The notes beneath the pieces are model-generated. The model ran no database searches. It had not been told where the DNA came from and saw only the letters and a program-made list of their open reading frames with translations. From NCBI GenBank assembly GCA_030704615.1, contig CM060734.1, positions 3,782,001 to 3,846,000 of the forward strand: 64,000 nucleotides of DNA, given 5' to 3'. Source of the DNA: Takakia lepidozioides. Taxonomy: Eukaryota > Plantae > Bryophyta. Position numbers and translations under genes: made by a program. This document shows, piece by piece, positions 24,996 to 38,923 of the stretch. Numbering within the stretch: position 1 is the first letter of the stretch; the number at the start of each line of letters is the position of its first letter.

Positions 24996-26929
24996 GAGTA
25001 CAATATTATGGAACATATATTCCTTGACAGACCTTTTATATGTCATTGTTGGTTGAAGGTGAGGGGGCTCATCATGTTACAAGCAATGTCATCCTTGATG
25101 CTACTGCGCAGGAGGAATCTCTTCACAAGAAGCACCTTTTGGAATGCTGTAGGATCAGCTTGCTATGGATAAACATACTGCAGTGGTCGGCACAGTTTTT
25201 GGTGAAATTTTTCTTGCAGACTATCTGCTGATTAATTTTGCTAGAGTTAAACATTTCCTCTCTGGCCCTGCCTATTAAATGTGCAATATTGGTACATTTT
25301 TCTTACATTAGCTGTAATCAGGTGAATGACCATGTACTTTGGAATGGCAGTGTCTCTTGAAGTTATGCTGAAAACAGTGGGGCCAGCAGGCCAGGGGGAT
25401 ATGGGTGAAACCAGAAATTTAGCAGCCACGTCACTTGCACTTAATGGCTTCAACGTAAAACTGAAGGCACCGTTCACAATAAGTAGGCCATTGAGTGACA
25501 CTGTTCCTGTATATGTATGTGCATGGATGTTAACAGGGCCATGAGTGACATGGGACTGACAAGAGTATGGTCAGAGTGAATAGCCAAACATCCACTGCTA
25601 CATTCAGCATGGAGGCTTCAAAGAATTCTACCAGTGCTACAATCCCATGCTACAGAAGAGGGGGTATCGTGGCTCTCAGGTACTTCTCATTTTTCCAACC
25701 CTTGCATCCCTTGACCCTCCATTGACCCTGTTACCCATAGGGCATAGACACTGTTCGTTTCATTTTATTCAAGCAGGGCACTTTTAACATGTACAAATGA
25801 TCACTAGCATAGTCATGATTCTGGGTCTCCAGGTCCTCCGGTTGGTCTTGTGCATTAACAATCTGCGTACGCAGGTGGTGGATGATCCACAATAACCCAT
25901 TTACAGATGAGTCTACTGCACCATAGGCGAACTTCCAATCATAGACTCATGCAGATTTGACCCCAGGGCACACCTACTGTGTGGCCCCAGGTGGCATTTC
26001 CCTCGCCATTAACATCCTGTTGGAAACCACAGTACAACATAGCTAACATAATTTGGAAGAGTTGCAATGGTATCGTCACTTTGAAAGTGGAAGCATTCAC
26101 CTCGTGAGTCATTTGAACATTCCTGGATTTTGTGGAAGGAAGTAGTGTGGTTGTTCTACATTTTCCAACAGGCCCTCAGATAAGACAATTTTTTTCTTAG
26201 GCAGCGGGTTTCAGCTTTGAGCACCCAAAGTGCCTGGCAGTCTGCCTGCATGAGGCACTTCATCTTCCGAATTTATTTGATGTTTTCTGTACTGGTTCTC
26301 TTGTTGTCCTACTTTGGCCCATGGGTCCTCAGGCCCCATGTGGACGTTGTAAGGTTCTTTCTTTCTCTTATGGACCTTCTCACAGAATAATCTCTCTTAA
26401 GTGGGTAAACGTGAATGATGTTTTGAAGGTCATCTGTCGGTGGCAAAAACCAGGTTGGTGTACAGGTGACATTCCAAATGCCATTTAGTTGTGAGACAAC
26501 AGTAAAGGGGACGGAGAAAGTAACATTTTCCCCACTTGCAGTAGTTGACTGTACGAGGGTCACCTGGTAAGGGATGGATCCACCAAGCTGGGCTGATGGG
26601 ATGATTCCATGGCCATCGGCAGAGGTGATGATGAACCACACAGAAGATCCTGGTGCATACCCTCCTGGGTTGAAATTTGAGCTGGTGTAACTGTATTGAG
26701 GTGAAGGAGGCCCAGAGACATTGAAAGTTGCCGGTGGACTAACACCTGTACACATTAAAATCCAAGCTGTGAAGATATTCATGTGTAATGTCTAGTTGGA
26801 AAAGAGTGCATGAATCTCAAACAAGAGTAATGGTTTTGTAGTTTTTTTACATGTTGCAACTATGATGGGGTGGCAGTTTCGATGTTGCAGAAGGTGTCCT
26901 ACCTCTAGTCCTTACCTAACTTCTACGTT

Positions 26930-29900
26930 CAAAGAAAGAAGAAATGAAATGAAACTTTACAACGTCCGCAGAAAGCTCAAAGAGCTTATGGGACAAAAGG
27001 AAAGCAAGAAACAAGAAAGAAAGACAAAGAGCCAGAAGCAGGCCAAAAGCAACTACTGCTCAAGGGATTGCCTAAGGGTCAAAGCTTCGTGCAGAAAAGC
27101 TGCCAAGCATTTCTGATCCTCATAATGGAAGACTTCAGTGAGAGATTGGGTTTCACGGAAAGAAAGAAAAAGGAAAAAGATATGTCAAGGACTCTTATGT
27201 CTGTCATGTGTATCCCAGGGACATTTAGAGAGGTAGAAATTAGTCATCCAAGGCAGGCTTCCGATTGGTTTGGGATAAGAAAATCCACCTGCACAAGTTG
27301 GTGCAAACGATGTCAATGTGTAAGTCCCTGGTGCTGTCACAATGATGCTCACCACATATGTCATTGGTCCTCCAACTCCCAAGAAAGAGCCTGCTGTGTC
27401 TGCCGTAGCTGTCACAGGACCATTTGTTGGGGTCGCAAACATCACCAAAATGGAGAGGCCAATGCCAGTATCTGTACATAAGCATGTTGGTCCAGGTGTT
27501 CCCAGCTCACGCTTTGCCTGATCAGTCAAAACCTCGGTCAGGCGGCCACATGATTTCTACATGTTTTCAAAGTGAGCTTCAAGCCATAATTGAAAACATG
27601 GATGTCAGCTCATGACTTCTTGATAGTTGGACTTGACGTCTCTGAGGGGGTTGTGGAAACGTAGTAAAAACACGAGTGAGGGGATGATTTCCTCTCTGTA
27701 GCCCAAATCAACTTGCACTCTTTATTGTGCCACCTTGCATCCTTTAGAGGGGTCAATGGGTAGGGATCGTGTATGGTAAGCTGGAGCTCCATCATGAAGG
27801 GGCAAGTAGGGGGATCATGCAAGACTACACCAGTTAGTCAAAGTTGGCTTTACTAAATGTGAGGCTCCAGTCTACCTGGCATGGTTTAGTGAAAGTTCAT
27901 GTGTCTGACACTTTCTTGCCCTTTCATGTGCTGCTCTTTGATGTCTGTCTTTCTGCTTGGGGTGGTGAGCTTTTGCATGTGGAGCCCTTCAAGTTCAGTC
28001 TGATTTGGTGCCTTGTTCCCTCTTCTGGTTTTTAGGCTAGTGAGGGATTTAGTAGAATAAATGTCTCATAACCTTGTTTGCCGTAGCCTTGTGGCCATTG
28101 ACGGGCCATTGACGAGCCATTTTTTGTGGCCATTGAGGGATTTAATAGAGATGGAGAAAGAGACCTCTGGTGAGTCAGGAACCTCTGGTTGTAAGTTCAG
28201 CTTATGTCTGTGACGTCGATAGTTCTCAGTGTCCATTTGGTATTCTGCCAATCCTACATGCACCCACGAGAAAATATCTAGTGACAAGATTCGTTTGATC
28301 TCAATTGATCAGATGAACATTACTACAGTTAGAGTTCCATTAGCTTGTGACTTGCCAAGAAAAGCAGGAACAAAATACATCACTGATGGCTTGCATTTTC
28401 GAGGCCCCAATCTACTTGAATCCTGCAAAGACTATTTATGCATGCAGGGGAGGAGCTCACTTTAGAGCATACAGACTTTGACCAGTAACTCATGAAAGGG
28501 TCTATCTGTTTGCTGAGCGTTCTTCTGTGGCATTCCAAAAGGGTCAACATGCTCTTTGATTCAGAGCAGTCTAGTTTTTTTAGGTGGTGATGAAACGAAC
28601 ATGCTTTCATCTCTGCCAAAGATGTACGCACTTGATGTGTAAGGATGCCCTTTCGCAAAAAGTTCCATCATCTCTGATTTTCGGAGACATGCACATTGAC
28701 TGTTTTCCCTGGAGGATGGCAGTAATGTACCCTTGAGGGTAGTGTCCCTCTTCTAACACCAGTCTTGGGGGTTTTATTTAAGAGGTCTGAGTTCCCACCC
28801 AATTTTTCCACATAGCTCCCTCCCCCTCCCAATTTCCAACAAACTGTAGCAGGGTAAATGATGTTAGATAAAAGGGCTGGCATTCATATGGACGCATACT
28901 TTTACTGTCATCATTACTGTAGCCCTTACCTTGATGCAGATGTCAGCATATGTGTCTTAGTTGCCCTAGCCCATGAGGGAAGGGGAGTTTACAGAGAGAG
29001 AATTGAAATGAAATGACACTTTATAACATGCGTGGAAAGCTCAAAGAGCTTATGGGGCAAGAGAAAGCAGGAGACAAGAAAAAGAGTGGGCCCTCAACAG
29101 CAGCACAAATGTAGTAGTGGCTCCCCCAGATCTCAATAGTAGAGAGTGAAAGAAGAAATGTTCTTCAGTTTCAATTTCCCTCCTGTCATCTCTAGTGCAA
29201 GCAGAGCACAAGCAATCAGCACGCTGCAGGTTGTCCCAACAACTCTGCGGACTGTGGGAGCCCACGCTAAACCTTCCCAGCACCCTTAGAAAAGAGGGAG
29301 AGAGAGTTGCAGACAAATTGGGCTGCAAGAAAGAAAGAGTGAAAGAGGAATTAGAGCTGTTCTGTTAATATAGTCTGTTATTGGGCGTTTCCCTTTTTCT
29401 CAACAAGAACAGAAATGAAAAGAAATGGAACTTCATAATGTCTGCAGAAAGCTCAAAGAGCTTATGGGACACAGAAAGAAATAGATTCCAAGAAGGATGG
29501 AAAACAGTAGATATTGTAATGCAGGATGGCAGGCATCACAGTAGGAGAAAATGGCTTATGGGGCAAGAATACGTAGCAAACAAAGAGCACTAGAAATTCA
29601 AAGGAAGTGAAAGAAGAAAGAAAAAGACGTCCATTGTGCTAGAGGGAGGTTAGATTGTGGAAGGTCGGTGTTGCAAGTCAGTACCTCTAACTTCAACGTA
29701 GTCCTGGTGATTGAGGGAGATGTGGGTGGTTTGCATGGAAGAGCTTATGTGACAGTGCACAGTCAACCTTGGATTGCTGTTGCAAGCATCTTCATAGGGA
29801 ATTGGATATTTGGCCGGTGTCACAGTACCATCTTCCAACTTACAAGCAGGCATAAAGTGTGATGACAGCAGCGATGGACAGTATATCTCAGGGCAGATGC

Positions 29901-32730
29901 CACCCTGGAGGTTCCACACGCCCTCTTCATTACTCGGACTAAGGGCAGTCTTTGCCCATTGTTCCCCATCTGTGTGGAGGTTTCAAAGAATCTGACATTA
30001 GTGTTTGATCCGTATCTTCAAATGATATAAAGTGCACTATGTGTTGCATTTTTGTGGCTGATGAGCTGTCCATACTTTGGTATGCTCTGGGCAATCGCGA
30101 TTGTACAGAGACTGGACGACAGGGTGGCAGTATCAAATGCCCTTGTCACGAAAAACAAAGAGTACTCCTATTGCAGCTTACTGTGAGTTCTTCATATCTT
30201 GAAGTTGCTACAGTGAATCCATTACTTGCAAACTTTGATGCCGCAATGAGAGGTCCAGACCCACATACCATAGTAAACAAATTTGCCAATGACAACGTAT
30301 GCTCGCCACCATGTGAATAAGAGAGTTCGAGAACGCTTTTCTTTCCACTGCTCAGAGATATGGGAGGCATAACAAACTGGGATTCCACAGTGGTGCTATT
30401 AAGTGCGAAGACATGGTTGCTGCCACAAGCTCTCCAGAGCTAACTTTAAGAAAGTGATTATGATGGGTCCATGTGCGGTCTGTCGAGTGCACTTTGATTT
30501 TAGTCCCTCCCATGTTTGTGCCCAGTTTTGGATTGAATATTGTTACGTCTCCTGCATCTTACCGAACGCCCAACTTGAAATTGCAAAGAAATAGGGTCCA
30601 TGAGATGTCAGTGTGATTTACCTCTACCCTCCGTCCCTCCTACCTCACCACCCTGTACGTCCCCTTCCCCTGCCTCCCTCCTGGTCCTCTCTCCCTTCTG
30701 TGGAAAAATGAGATTTTGTGTTTCACTTGTGGAGTCACCCTGTTATGCTTGTTGTAGTCTTTATGTGGCTGGCTGGGTGTCCCTCTTTCTGGCAGTATTA
30801 TTCTGGTGCAATCATATCATATTACTAACAGCACCTGCTTGTGTTGGGACTTTGTAAATTTCATATAAATAGGACAGAGACTACATAAAACTAAGTACAG
30901 GTGAGGGTGGAAGGTGGGGAGTCCAGTAGAAAGAAAGAAACTTCATACCATCCAGTCCAAAGTGTGATAAATATTCAAGAGATCTCGCAATGCGGGGAAG
31001 GATTGTCTCATTTTGTCCACTTTCTCCAATTTATTCTTCACTACAGCATCGTTACTAACTTGAAGGAAGTGACGACCAACAAACCTAGTGCATTGGAGAA
31101 ACTGACCTTCACCCAGTACCACTGTGGAATTGATTAGAAATCCTGTGAGAAGCAGAGAGATGAATGCTCTGCTCTCCACAATCTGCCATTGCTCTCGCAG
31201 TTGCCTCCAGGGACACACCTGTCTTGGCACATTTGACTAAGGTGAGGCTCAGTGCTAGATTATCCTGGCCTACTAAATCTGTTTCTCTGAGCAAGCAGCC
31301 CAGTGGTTGGGTGTTTGTGCTTACTTGTTCATAACCAGGGTGGTCCTGCATTCAATCTTCAAAAAGGTTCTCAACCATTCATAGGCCTCTGTGATGGGCT
31401 GTGCATTGAGCAGTAGGCTCTTTAAATTCGCTGGACAATCTTTAATCTTATATCTTTATCTACCAGGAGGTCCACACCTCATTTTTTTCCGAAAAATGCT
31501 AGATCATTAGTTCAGATGCATCAGGTCTTAAGCCGGGTTAACAAGACTGGCACATGTTTCATACAATGTATGCTTGAATTATTTGCGGTCAAGATCATCT
31601 GCTCCACAACCCCGCAGCTTTGCATACCACATATATTAGGAACATCAACCCTAGTTTAACAGGTCAGGTTACCTAGGGCTAATATTTGCCTATCAAAATG
31701 TCCCAGTCAAGGCTCTAATGTAAGGCCATCCCAACCTGCAACGGATTTCTGCACACCAGGCTCCCATGGCACGTGCCAGAGGAGAGTCATGTGCACCCAA
31801 TTTTCCTGGATCACATTGGTTATGTTGGCCCTTCAGTTTCTCAAGTTACTGCCACATTGAGTTCATTTAAAAACTGTAGTTACCTGTTCTCATGTACAAG
31901 GGTCCTCATTGATGACTTTACTGGAAAGATAGGAAGAGAGGGGTAAGGCAAAGGGCCTGCTGGTGGTAGTGTGCACATCTAGGCCACAACTATCCACTGT
32001 AAATATCATGGCTTGGGCAATGGAAAGAGGATTATACCGCCAGGGCAGAGTGAAAGACGCCCATAGCTGCCAAGGAAGTGCTTGCACTTGTGTGCCCCAG
32101 CTTGGTACGACTGTCTGTCTCTTAGGTACGCTTGGATGGTCGTGCAGCCATTCCCCTATTCAGGGATAAATTCCTCAATTCTTGGTACCGTTCTCTGTTC
32201 CTTGGGTTCTCGTCCAACAATCTCATCCCACCCATCAGCCAGAGTCGGAAAGAACAGCTAGTTAAGACATTACCAAGCTGACTCCAGCTATTAGGCTTAC
32301 TCTGAATCCTGTAGCTCAAGTTTCCAGCTGCAACACAAGTTTACCCAAAACACTGGGAAGAATATATCCTTGAAAGATGTCACGGAACCTTGACAGTCTC
32401 TGTAGCACTGGGCTCACCACTTGCAAAGCTCAAGTTCAATGGCATCAAAGCCTTAGTGTTGCTTAATGTAAAACTGTAACACGTGCTCCAACCTAAGGAT
32501 CCCCACATCAGATCTCCCGAAGGTTTCCAGCCACAGTGCTTGCTCACTGAAGTCCCCTCAGCAGGCTACTAATCTGGGTTATGAGATTTTATGGAGAGAA
32601 AAAAATGATACTTTGTAAGGTCCATGGAAAGCTCAATGAGCTTGGGGGACAAGAAATTATACTGTATATTGTCTGCAGAAAGCCCAAAGAGCTAGAGAGA
32701 GCATGAAACAAGAAATGAAATGAAATAAAT
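26930..32730 (-). repeat. Dispersed 3' ends of another LINE/SINE family with a (TTTCA)n tail (copies at ~26935-27000, 29000-29330, 29410-29470, 32590-32730)
   Basis: Recurrent plus-strand GAAATGAAATG...GAAAGCTCAAAGAGCTTATGGG. 29050-29328 (-) encodes C..C...ETEEHFFF, a LINE C-terminal zinc-finger remnant. Confidence 0.55.
28066..28140 (-). mobile_element. Isolated 3'-tail fragment of the RTE-like LINE family
   Basis: The reverse complement GTCAATGGCCACAAGGCTACGGCAAACAAGGTTATGAG matches 24959-24998, with stuttered GGCCATTGA copies next to it. Confidence 0.75.
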
Positions 32731-33998
32731 GGAGAGAGAGGGGGCCTCCACAAGCGCCCAAAAACAACTAATGTTCGAAGGGGTTGTCTAGGAGTCAGCG
32801 CCCCGTGTAGAAAGCAAGAAATCATGGGGACAATGGGGACTGCAAAGCTCAAGTATATTGGACCAAGCATGTAATAAACCTGTGGGCCTTACATGCAAAT
32901 GCATCCACAATGTCGATGGATCTGAATCCACAATGGTGGTGGAAGACAAAACACTCCTCCTTGACATGGAGAGCTATGATAGGGGCAACAGTGTAGAGAG
33001 AAAGACGATGCCTACATATCTAGACAATGCCAGCTTGCATCTTTGTGTCTGAGCTGCAACAATGCTTGTATTCGGAATATGAATGAACTCAGAAGGTGAT
33101 TGGGACTGGGAGACGCACACACAAGACGTGGATAGGGTAAAAGTGGCTCCAGGAGGTCCAAAGAGGAGGTCAAAGAGGGGAGGGGGAGCGGAAGCACAGT
33201 GAGATGGAACTTTCAAGTGTCCAACAATATCTACACTTCGCATCCGCCACTCTTTTGGAAGAAGATGACCAAGCCGCGCCGGTGCTCAGCCTCATAATGC
33301 CTGATGGGCCGGGAGGTGCAGCTCTAGGGCAAAACACGAGACAGAGACAGGATCAGGAAGAGACTGGATCCCAGGTTGATAGCAGTGATCTAGTGTGAAA
33401 TTGGTCACGTTGAATTTGCAAGTCTTGGAAGAGACGATGATCCCTAGCGAGGGAAATTGGTGATCGCTTTTCAGGAAAAACTCTTTGGAAGACGATGATG
33501 GGAGGCGGTTGTGGCGGTTGATGTCAACTGACATGCCGCAGCCATGGGACATTACCGTTAAATACTAAATACTGTTGTTAATTAGAAGTTAACCCTGGTC
33601 TGAAACTAACCAAAGGTGGATAACCTCGGTTTGGTTAGCGTTCATAACCATAACGAGGACTGGGAAACCCGTGACACAGTTTTAGGCATCTGTCGACGTG
33701 GCGCATCCTAGAGCCTCCAACATTCTGGCCTTACTATTGCCACATCACTCTCCGAACGGATATTCTACCTACTGTTCTGTACTGTAGTTTGGTATTATAC
33801 ATGTACAGTTGGATAGTGCACTTGGTGGCACCCCAGTGGTTTGGGGCTCGAATTCTGCTACCGTGTCCTGGCCGCTCGATGGTGTCTACTGTACGCTATA
33901 TGAATGGGGGTTAATTTTTCCCCTTCCTCTGTAAAGGGCCTGAATTGTGAGCTGTGGCTTCATATATATATATATAATTGAATAAATGAATAATACTG

Positions 33999-35094
33999 TT
34001 TTTCAAGTATTAAGTTGGGCTACTCCTTGTTGTTGCCAAAGAAAAAATTTGATGATAAGTGGAACAACCAGTGGGCTCATCTCTCGGGTCCTCCTATTGC
34101 TTGGAAGGCGGTGTGGGCTGACATTTGGAAGAAACACAGGGCTTCCAAAGTGACTGCCTTTTTGTGGAAGGTTGCTAATAGAATCCTTCCGGTGGCCTCT
34201 ATGATCTCTGATACACCTGATGCTTGTCCTTCCTGCAATCTGCAGTCTCCTGAAACTTTGGAGCACCGCTTGGTGGATTGCCCTTTAGCTCAATCTGTTT
34301 GGAGGAAAGCCTTCACTTTCAATTCTTTCTGGAATCCCAATCTCAATCACTCCACTTCTGCTCTGTTGCTGAATTGTACAGAGGGAAGTTCTTTCTGCTC
34401 ATGCCCTGTGTGGGAATCTTTAAGAGGGGTCATTCTTTGGAATATCTGGAAGATGCGATGTGAGGTCATCTTTCAAAATGTGAATCCATGTTTGCAGAAA
34501 GTGTTGTATAAGGCTCATTCAGACCTCGTGTCTGAAGCTCGCAAGGCGTGGCTTGTTATTGTGACAGCTCTTCCCAGGTGTAGTCAATCAAGAAGGGACC
34601 AGCTTCTTACCACATTTGATGACACATTGGGGAAAAGCAACATCTTTTGGAGAAGAGTATCAGACTCTAGGGTAAGGTGGATAGACACTCTCCCTTCCTG
34701 CTGGCAACACTATGAACTCGAAGGCTTTCCTCTGGAGGCTGAAGAAGAGATTAATTGGAGGCACAAGCGGTAGGAAAAGCAGATCAAGCACGCAACTTTC
34801 GATGCTCCAAAGCGTAAAAGGGGTAGTTCTTAGTCTGCTGCTTTCTTGTTATCGCTTGAGCCTTGCTAGTTCTCAAACCTTGGCACTCTAGCTGGCTGCA
34901 GCTATTCTAGCTTCTCTGCAGGATTACTCTGGCTCTGAAGTTCTTACTCTTATAGTCTCTCTTCTCACATCTTCGTTTTTTTGGCTCTGAGTGAACCTCG
35001 TTACTGAGTCCACCTTATGGCTCTTTGTAAGGTTATTTTTTCCTTACCTCCTTTTAATAAAATTCTCAGGAGAAAAAATAATAATAATAATAAT
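33999..35094 (+). mobile_element. 5'-truncated L1/Tx1-clade LINE (zf-RVT C-terminus, 3' UTR, (AAT)n tail)
   Basis: ORF 34015-34773 contains KVTAFLWKVANRILP...CPSC...ETLEHRLVDCP.A..VW and LWNIWKMRC. (AAT)n tail at 35077-35100; candidate TSD AATAATACTG at 33989-33998 and 35095-35104. Confidence 0.85.
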
Positions 35095-35334
35095 AATAAT
35101 ACTGGTATTACCGGCGGTGACCAGTGGTACTGCTGGTGGCCGGTTATTGCCGGCTATGCTGTGGAGGGAGAGGAACGGAGGGAGGGGGAGAGAGATAGAG
35201 AGAGAGAGAGAGACGAATGGACAGAGAATATGTGAAAAGGGGAGTGCGAGATTGTTGCTGCCACGCACGTATTTGGAGTCTGAGAGGAGAGAAGCGGGTC
35301 TGAGAAGAAGGTTGATTGCAAGAGGCGTAGAGCG

Positions 35335-37413
35335 ATGGCGGGAGTGACTTCTGCAGCTCCCCCTGTGGCCATTGCAGGTGTTGCAGGCTGACCTGCATAC
35401 TAACGTGTTTTCCTTGCCTTCGACTCCGGCGCTGAGAAGAATCTCAACAGAGGCTCTCGCTGATCTCCGCTTTCAGTCAGTGAATGCTGCCAGAGCCGGT
35501 TCCTGTGGCTTCCAACAGCCGTTGAGGAGGCGGAGGGTTTTGTTTGTCGCTGCTGCTGCCACTGAAGGGTAATTCGCCTGCCCCCGAACTCTCTCTCTCT
35601 TGTGCTTCCAATGGTTCTCAAACCGTTATGATTATGAGGATTTGGAGGTACAGGAGTGAAGAAAGTGATCCTGACTTCATCTGCAGCTCCTTTCTCTCCC
35701 GGGGGGGGGTAACCGTGCGAAGGACTGAATCTCTGCATGTTGAGGTAGATGGATGTCCGAAGAGGATAAGGTTGCAGAATGTCTAACCTTATGCATGGCC
35801 GTGCTTCTGTGAGCAACTAATCTGTGCATTGTGAGAGGTGGACTAAGCTTTGTGAACGGCATACAATAGGTCACAAGCATTCACTTCAGGCAAGCGCGTA
35901 TTGCCGTCTGTGCCTTTTGGAGGGATTTGTACAAAATAAATTATAGACCTTGTTGTAGCTTTGTCACTCAGCCTGTGTCAAAAGCAGATATCAGAGAGCC
36001 AAAAGGAAACAATGGAGGAACTGATTAACTCCTGTGTTGAAACTGACATTGTATGATTGGAACTGTACTAGGGATGACGCTGAGGTAGCTGGACTCCTTG
36101 CACCTCCTTCAGACGATGGTATTGATAGCAGCTTTGAGGATGTTGCGACGACCGTGAGAGAGGATGTGACAGGGGTGGAGGAGCTGAAGCAAGGACTGGT
36201 GTATGCTCTCTATGGGACGCAGCGCGGTCTCCGCGCCAGTAGTGACACACGGGGCGAGGTTATCGAGCTCATTACACAGCTGGAGGCGAAGAACCCCACC
36301 CCAGCCCCACCGAAGCTCTCACCCTTCTCAATGGCAAATGGATCCTGGCGTATGTCCTCCCTTACTCTCTTACTTTCTTACTCTGGTTACCTCCATCACA
36401 TACCTCACCAACTTCTGGTTGTTCACAATCAGATGCCTCTAACCATGCACCGAAGAGTTCACAGTTTGCGTCAACAAGGTTTCCTAAATTCTTCTTGTAT
36501 CAATGCTAGTTATCATTGTCAAATGCTGGTCATGATATGCTTACTATCAACCTGAGGTAGACCAGAGTTTGTATGCCAAATAAAAGCAGCATACAAACAA
36601 TGTCAATCATGTCGTTGTCTTCTTTGCAGCAGTTCCTCTATTCTGGAACAGTCTCTGCCATGGGTCCCCTGGACCTTGCAAGGAGCTGAGCGACAAGAAA
36701 ACATCAGAAATGGACTTGGGTGCTGCAGGTATACATCATATTCCGAACTGTACCCACTGTTGGCTGCTGGCAACTGAGCACTGCCATTGACTGGGTTGCA
36801 GAGGCCATGGTTTTGACATAACAGATCACATGGACAATGGCTTAAACAGGATCTTGAGGCTCAACCCTAGCACTGTAGACTTTTGGATAAAGACTTCGAT
36901 AATTTTGGCGTGTTTGCGCCAGTCGTGCCATAGAGAATAGAGTGGAGTAAATGTTTCGTAGCACAGAAGTGACATATGTGGCACATTGGTGGGGCACAAT
37001 GAACCCCATGGATCATGGTAGAAGAGATCCCCAGAGAGAGATAAAGGTGAAGATGACAAGTGAAGTAGGGCTGGTAAACTAACTCCAGAAAGTTTGTGGT
37101 TGTGTGGGAGGGAATCATCAGCACACCACAGCTGACAGACTCCATCCAGTTTCCAGCTACTGTGGAGTTCCTTGGACAGAAGATTGACGTAAGACCCATC
37201 CAAGGATTGCTACGTCCACTCCAAGAGGCTGCAACGTCAGTAGCCAAAACCATATCGGGGCAACCACCTCTAAAATTCCCAATCCAAGCAGACAGTGCAC
37301 AGTCATGGTTGTTGACTACATACCTTGATGATGACCTCCGAATTTCTCGTGGAGATGGTGGTAGTGTGTTTGTGCTTATAAGGGAGGGCAGCCAGTTGCT
37401 GTCTGCTATGTAG
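35335..37413 (+). pseudogene. Plastid lipid-associated protein / fibrillin FBN1-like, intron-containing pseudogene
   Basis: Transit-peptide-like exon 1 (frameshifted). Exon ~36071-36348 reads [42 protein letters not shown] with a 1-nt frameshift before [27 protein letters not shown] at ~36730. Last exon ...[25 protein letters not shown]. The central part is replaced by unrelated DNA (~36776-37107). Confidence 0.88.
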
Positions 37414-38923
37414 TATGTCTGTCTCCATGGCTGTCTGCTATGCCAGGGCCTCCTAAGGTAGGTGAAGTCCCCTCAATGAATGGGCCACACCTGTAAGCTA
37501 GTGGTGCCTGGCAGATGTAATTCAAAAGAGACAACAACCTCTGCCGAGCTGGAAATAAGGGTTTGAATCCATTATGAGGCTCACATGAGCTTCTCCTTAC
37601 TTTGTCTTTGTTTGAAGGTTAATTCAACTCAAAAGGGTTAGCGATGGATCCTCCTTCTGTCATCACCATAACAATCATATGGTGCTGCGCTGGGTCGTAC
37701 AAATCAATAGATATCACAACAATCATTTGTGGGAACCTGGGTCTGTTTTGAGATAGCTAACCACGAATAGCCATGGTTACGAGCCTCCGGGTTTTTTTCC
37801 TTCTCAGGATCTGCGCTCGAGGCTAGTTGATCTTATGTACTCCACAGACTCATTCAGATACTTGAAAATCTCTTCTACCCTTTCCCACCAAGACTTAGCC
37901 TGTTTAATAGGATGGTCTTTTGGAAACCTGAGCAGCTATACCTATCTTTCGACGCAGCTGAAAATAGGGAAGTGGTGTCCTTTCTGTCTTTGAAGCTTGC
38001 ATTGTTGCACATTCACAGTGCTATATCTTTAAGTTGTCATCAGATTTTGCATGGAACAGTAGCCCGAAGGATGTCCATATAAGTTCCATGGACAGGGAAT
38101 CCATAGGGAGACAAGGAAACAATGTGCAGAATGTGGACCACTACATGATCCATCACAATGGGGATCTTTCAATGACATTCAGAAATGTTACAAATGCACA
38201 AACTTATGTTCAGTTTATATCAATGTAACTAATTGAACTTTGACCCTCATCTGGTACTCGACCCACTGTTGTTTGCCTGCATCAATTACATACATAGCTG
38301 AATTGGAGGTTGATGGAGGAAGGCGGCATCTACAGGAGGCCAGGGGTTAGTTTTGACTTGTCTCATCAATGTTCACAAACCTTGTGAGAGAGAAAATTCA
38401 AGAGCTTTGACTTAGCAAAACAGATGGACACCTCTCTAGTAAGGATTCTCCGACAATAGTTGGTATTGATCAAATGAACCTCAATGTCATCACCAGTCTC
38501 TCACTAGTTTTTCTATTTAATTTTCTTTTTTGGAGCAGCCTTCCATGTACCCAGCCCACCGTTTAAGGGAAGACACCCAGGGCCCGATACTGTTAGCACT
38601 CCATGTATAGGGCAGCGGGGCCGGCCGCCGAGTCAACGCATTTGTAGCACTGTTGGGAGGTTCTTTGATGGATCAGCTACAAAACCCCAGAGGTTATCAG
38701 GAAGGTTATATGGATATATAACCGCGGTTCTCAAAAAAACAACGATGAACATATGCGGTATTGAGATCTAGGGGCTGTTTTATACATGATTCTTCATCAA
38801 AATATCGTGGACCTCGCTTCACGGTGTCATGAAAAAAGATATCCGTTACTGGTGGTTTCTTGAAGCATCAAGATTGTCCGCCATAAAGCTTCACACCTGC
38901 CCAGATTCATACCCTTCTGCAAC

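Larger units (their letters stand above)
8668..30590 (-). pseudogene. Very large filamin/Ig-like repeat protein gene (GEX2/FUS1-like), fragmented
   Basis: Many minus-strand ORF pieces with filamin-type motifs (RDAFGN, DKYGN, DAYGN, DNGDGTFSLFYQTTRVG, GSPY.V.V), e.g. 10726-11109, 12901-13542, 14302-15075, 16036-16896, 19295-19999 and 26309-26782. Numerous frameshifts, stops and TE insertions; the 5' boundary is approximate. Confidence 0.75.

Noticed and set aside
30900-33740. Degenerate minus-strand coding-like remnants and a possible terminal repeat at ~33560-33740
   Set aside because: Too fragmented to assign a product without a homology search.
34991-35347. ORFs containing poly-Ile, poly-Asn and ER repeats
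   Set aside because: They are artefacts of the (AAT)n LINE tail and a (GA)n microsatellite in the fibrillin 5' region.
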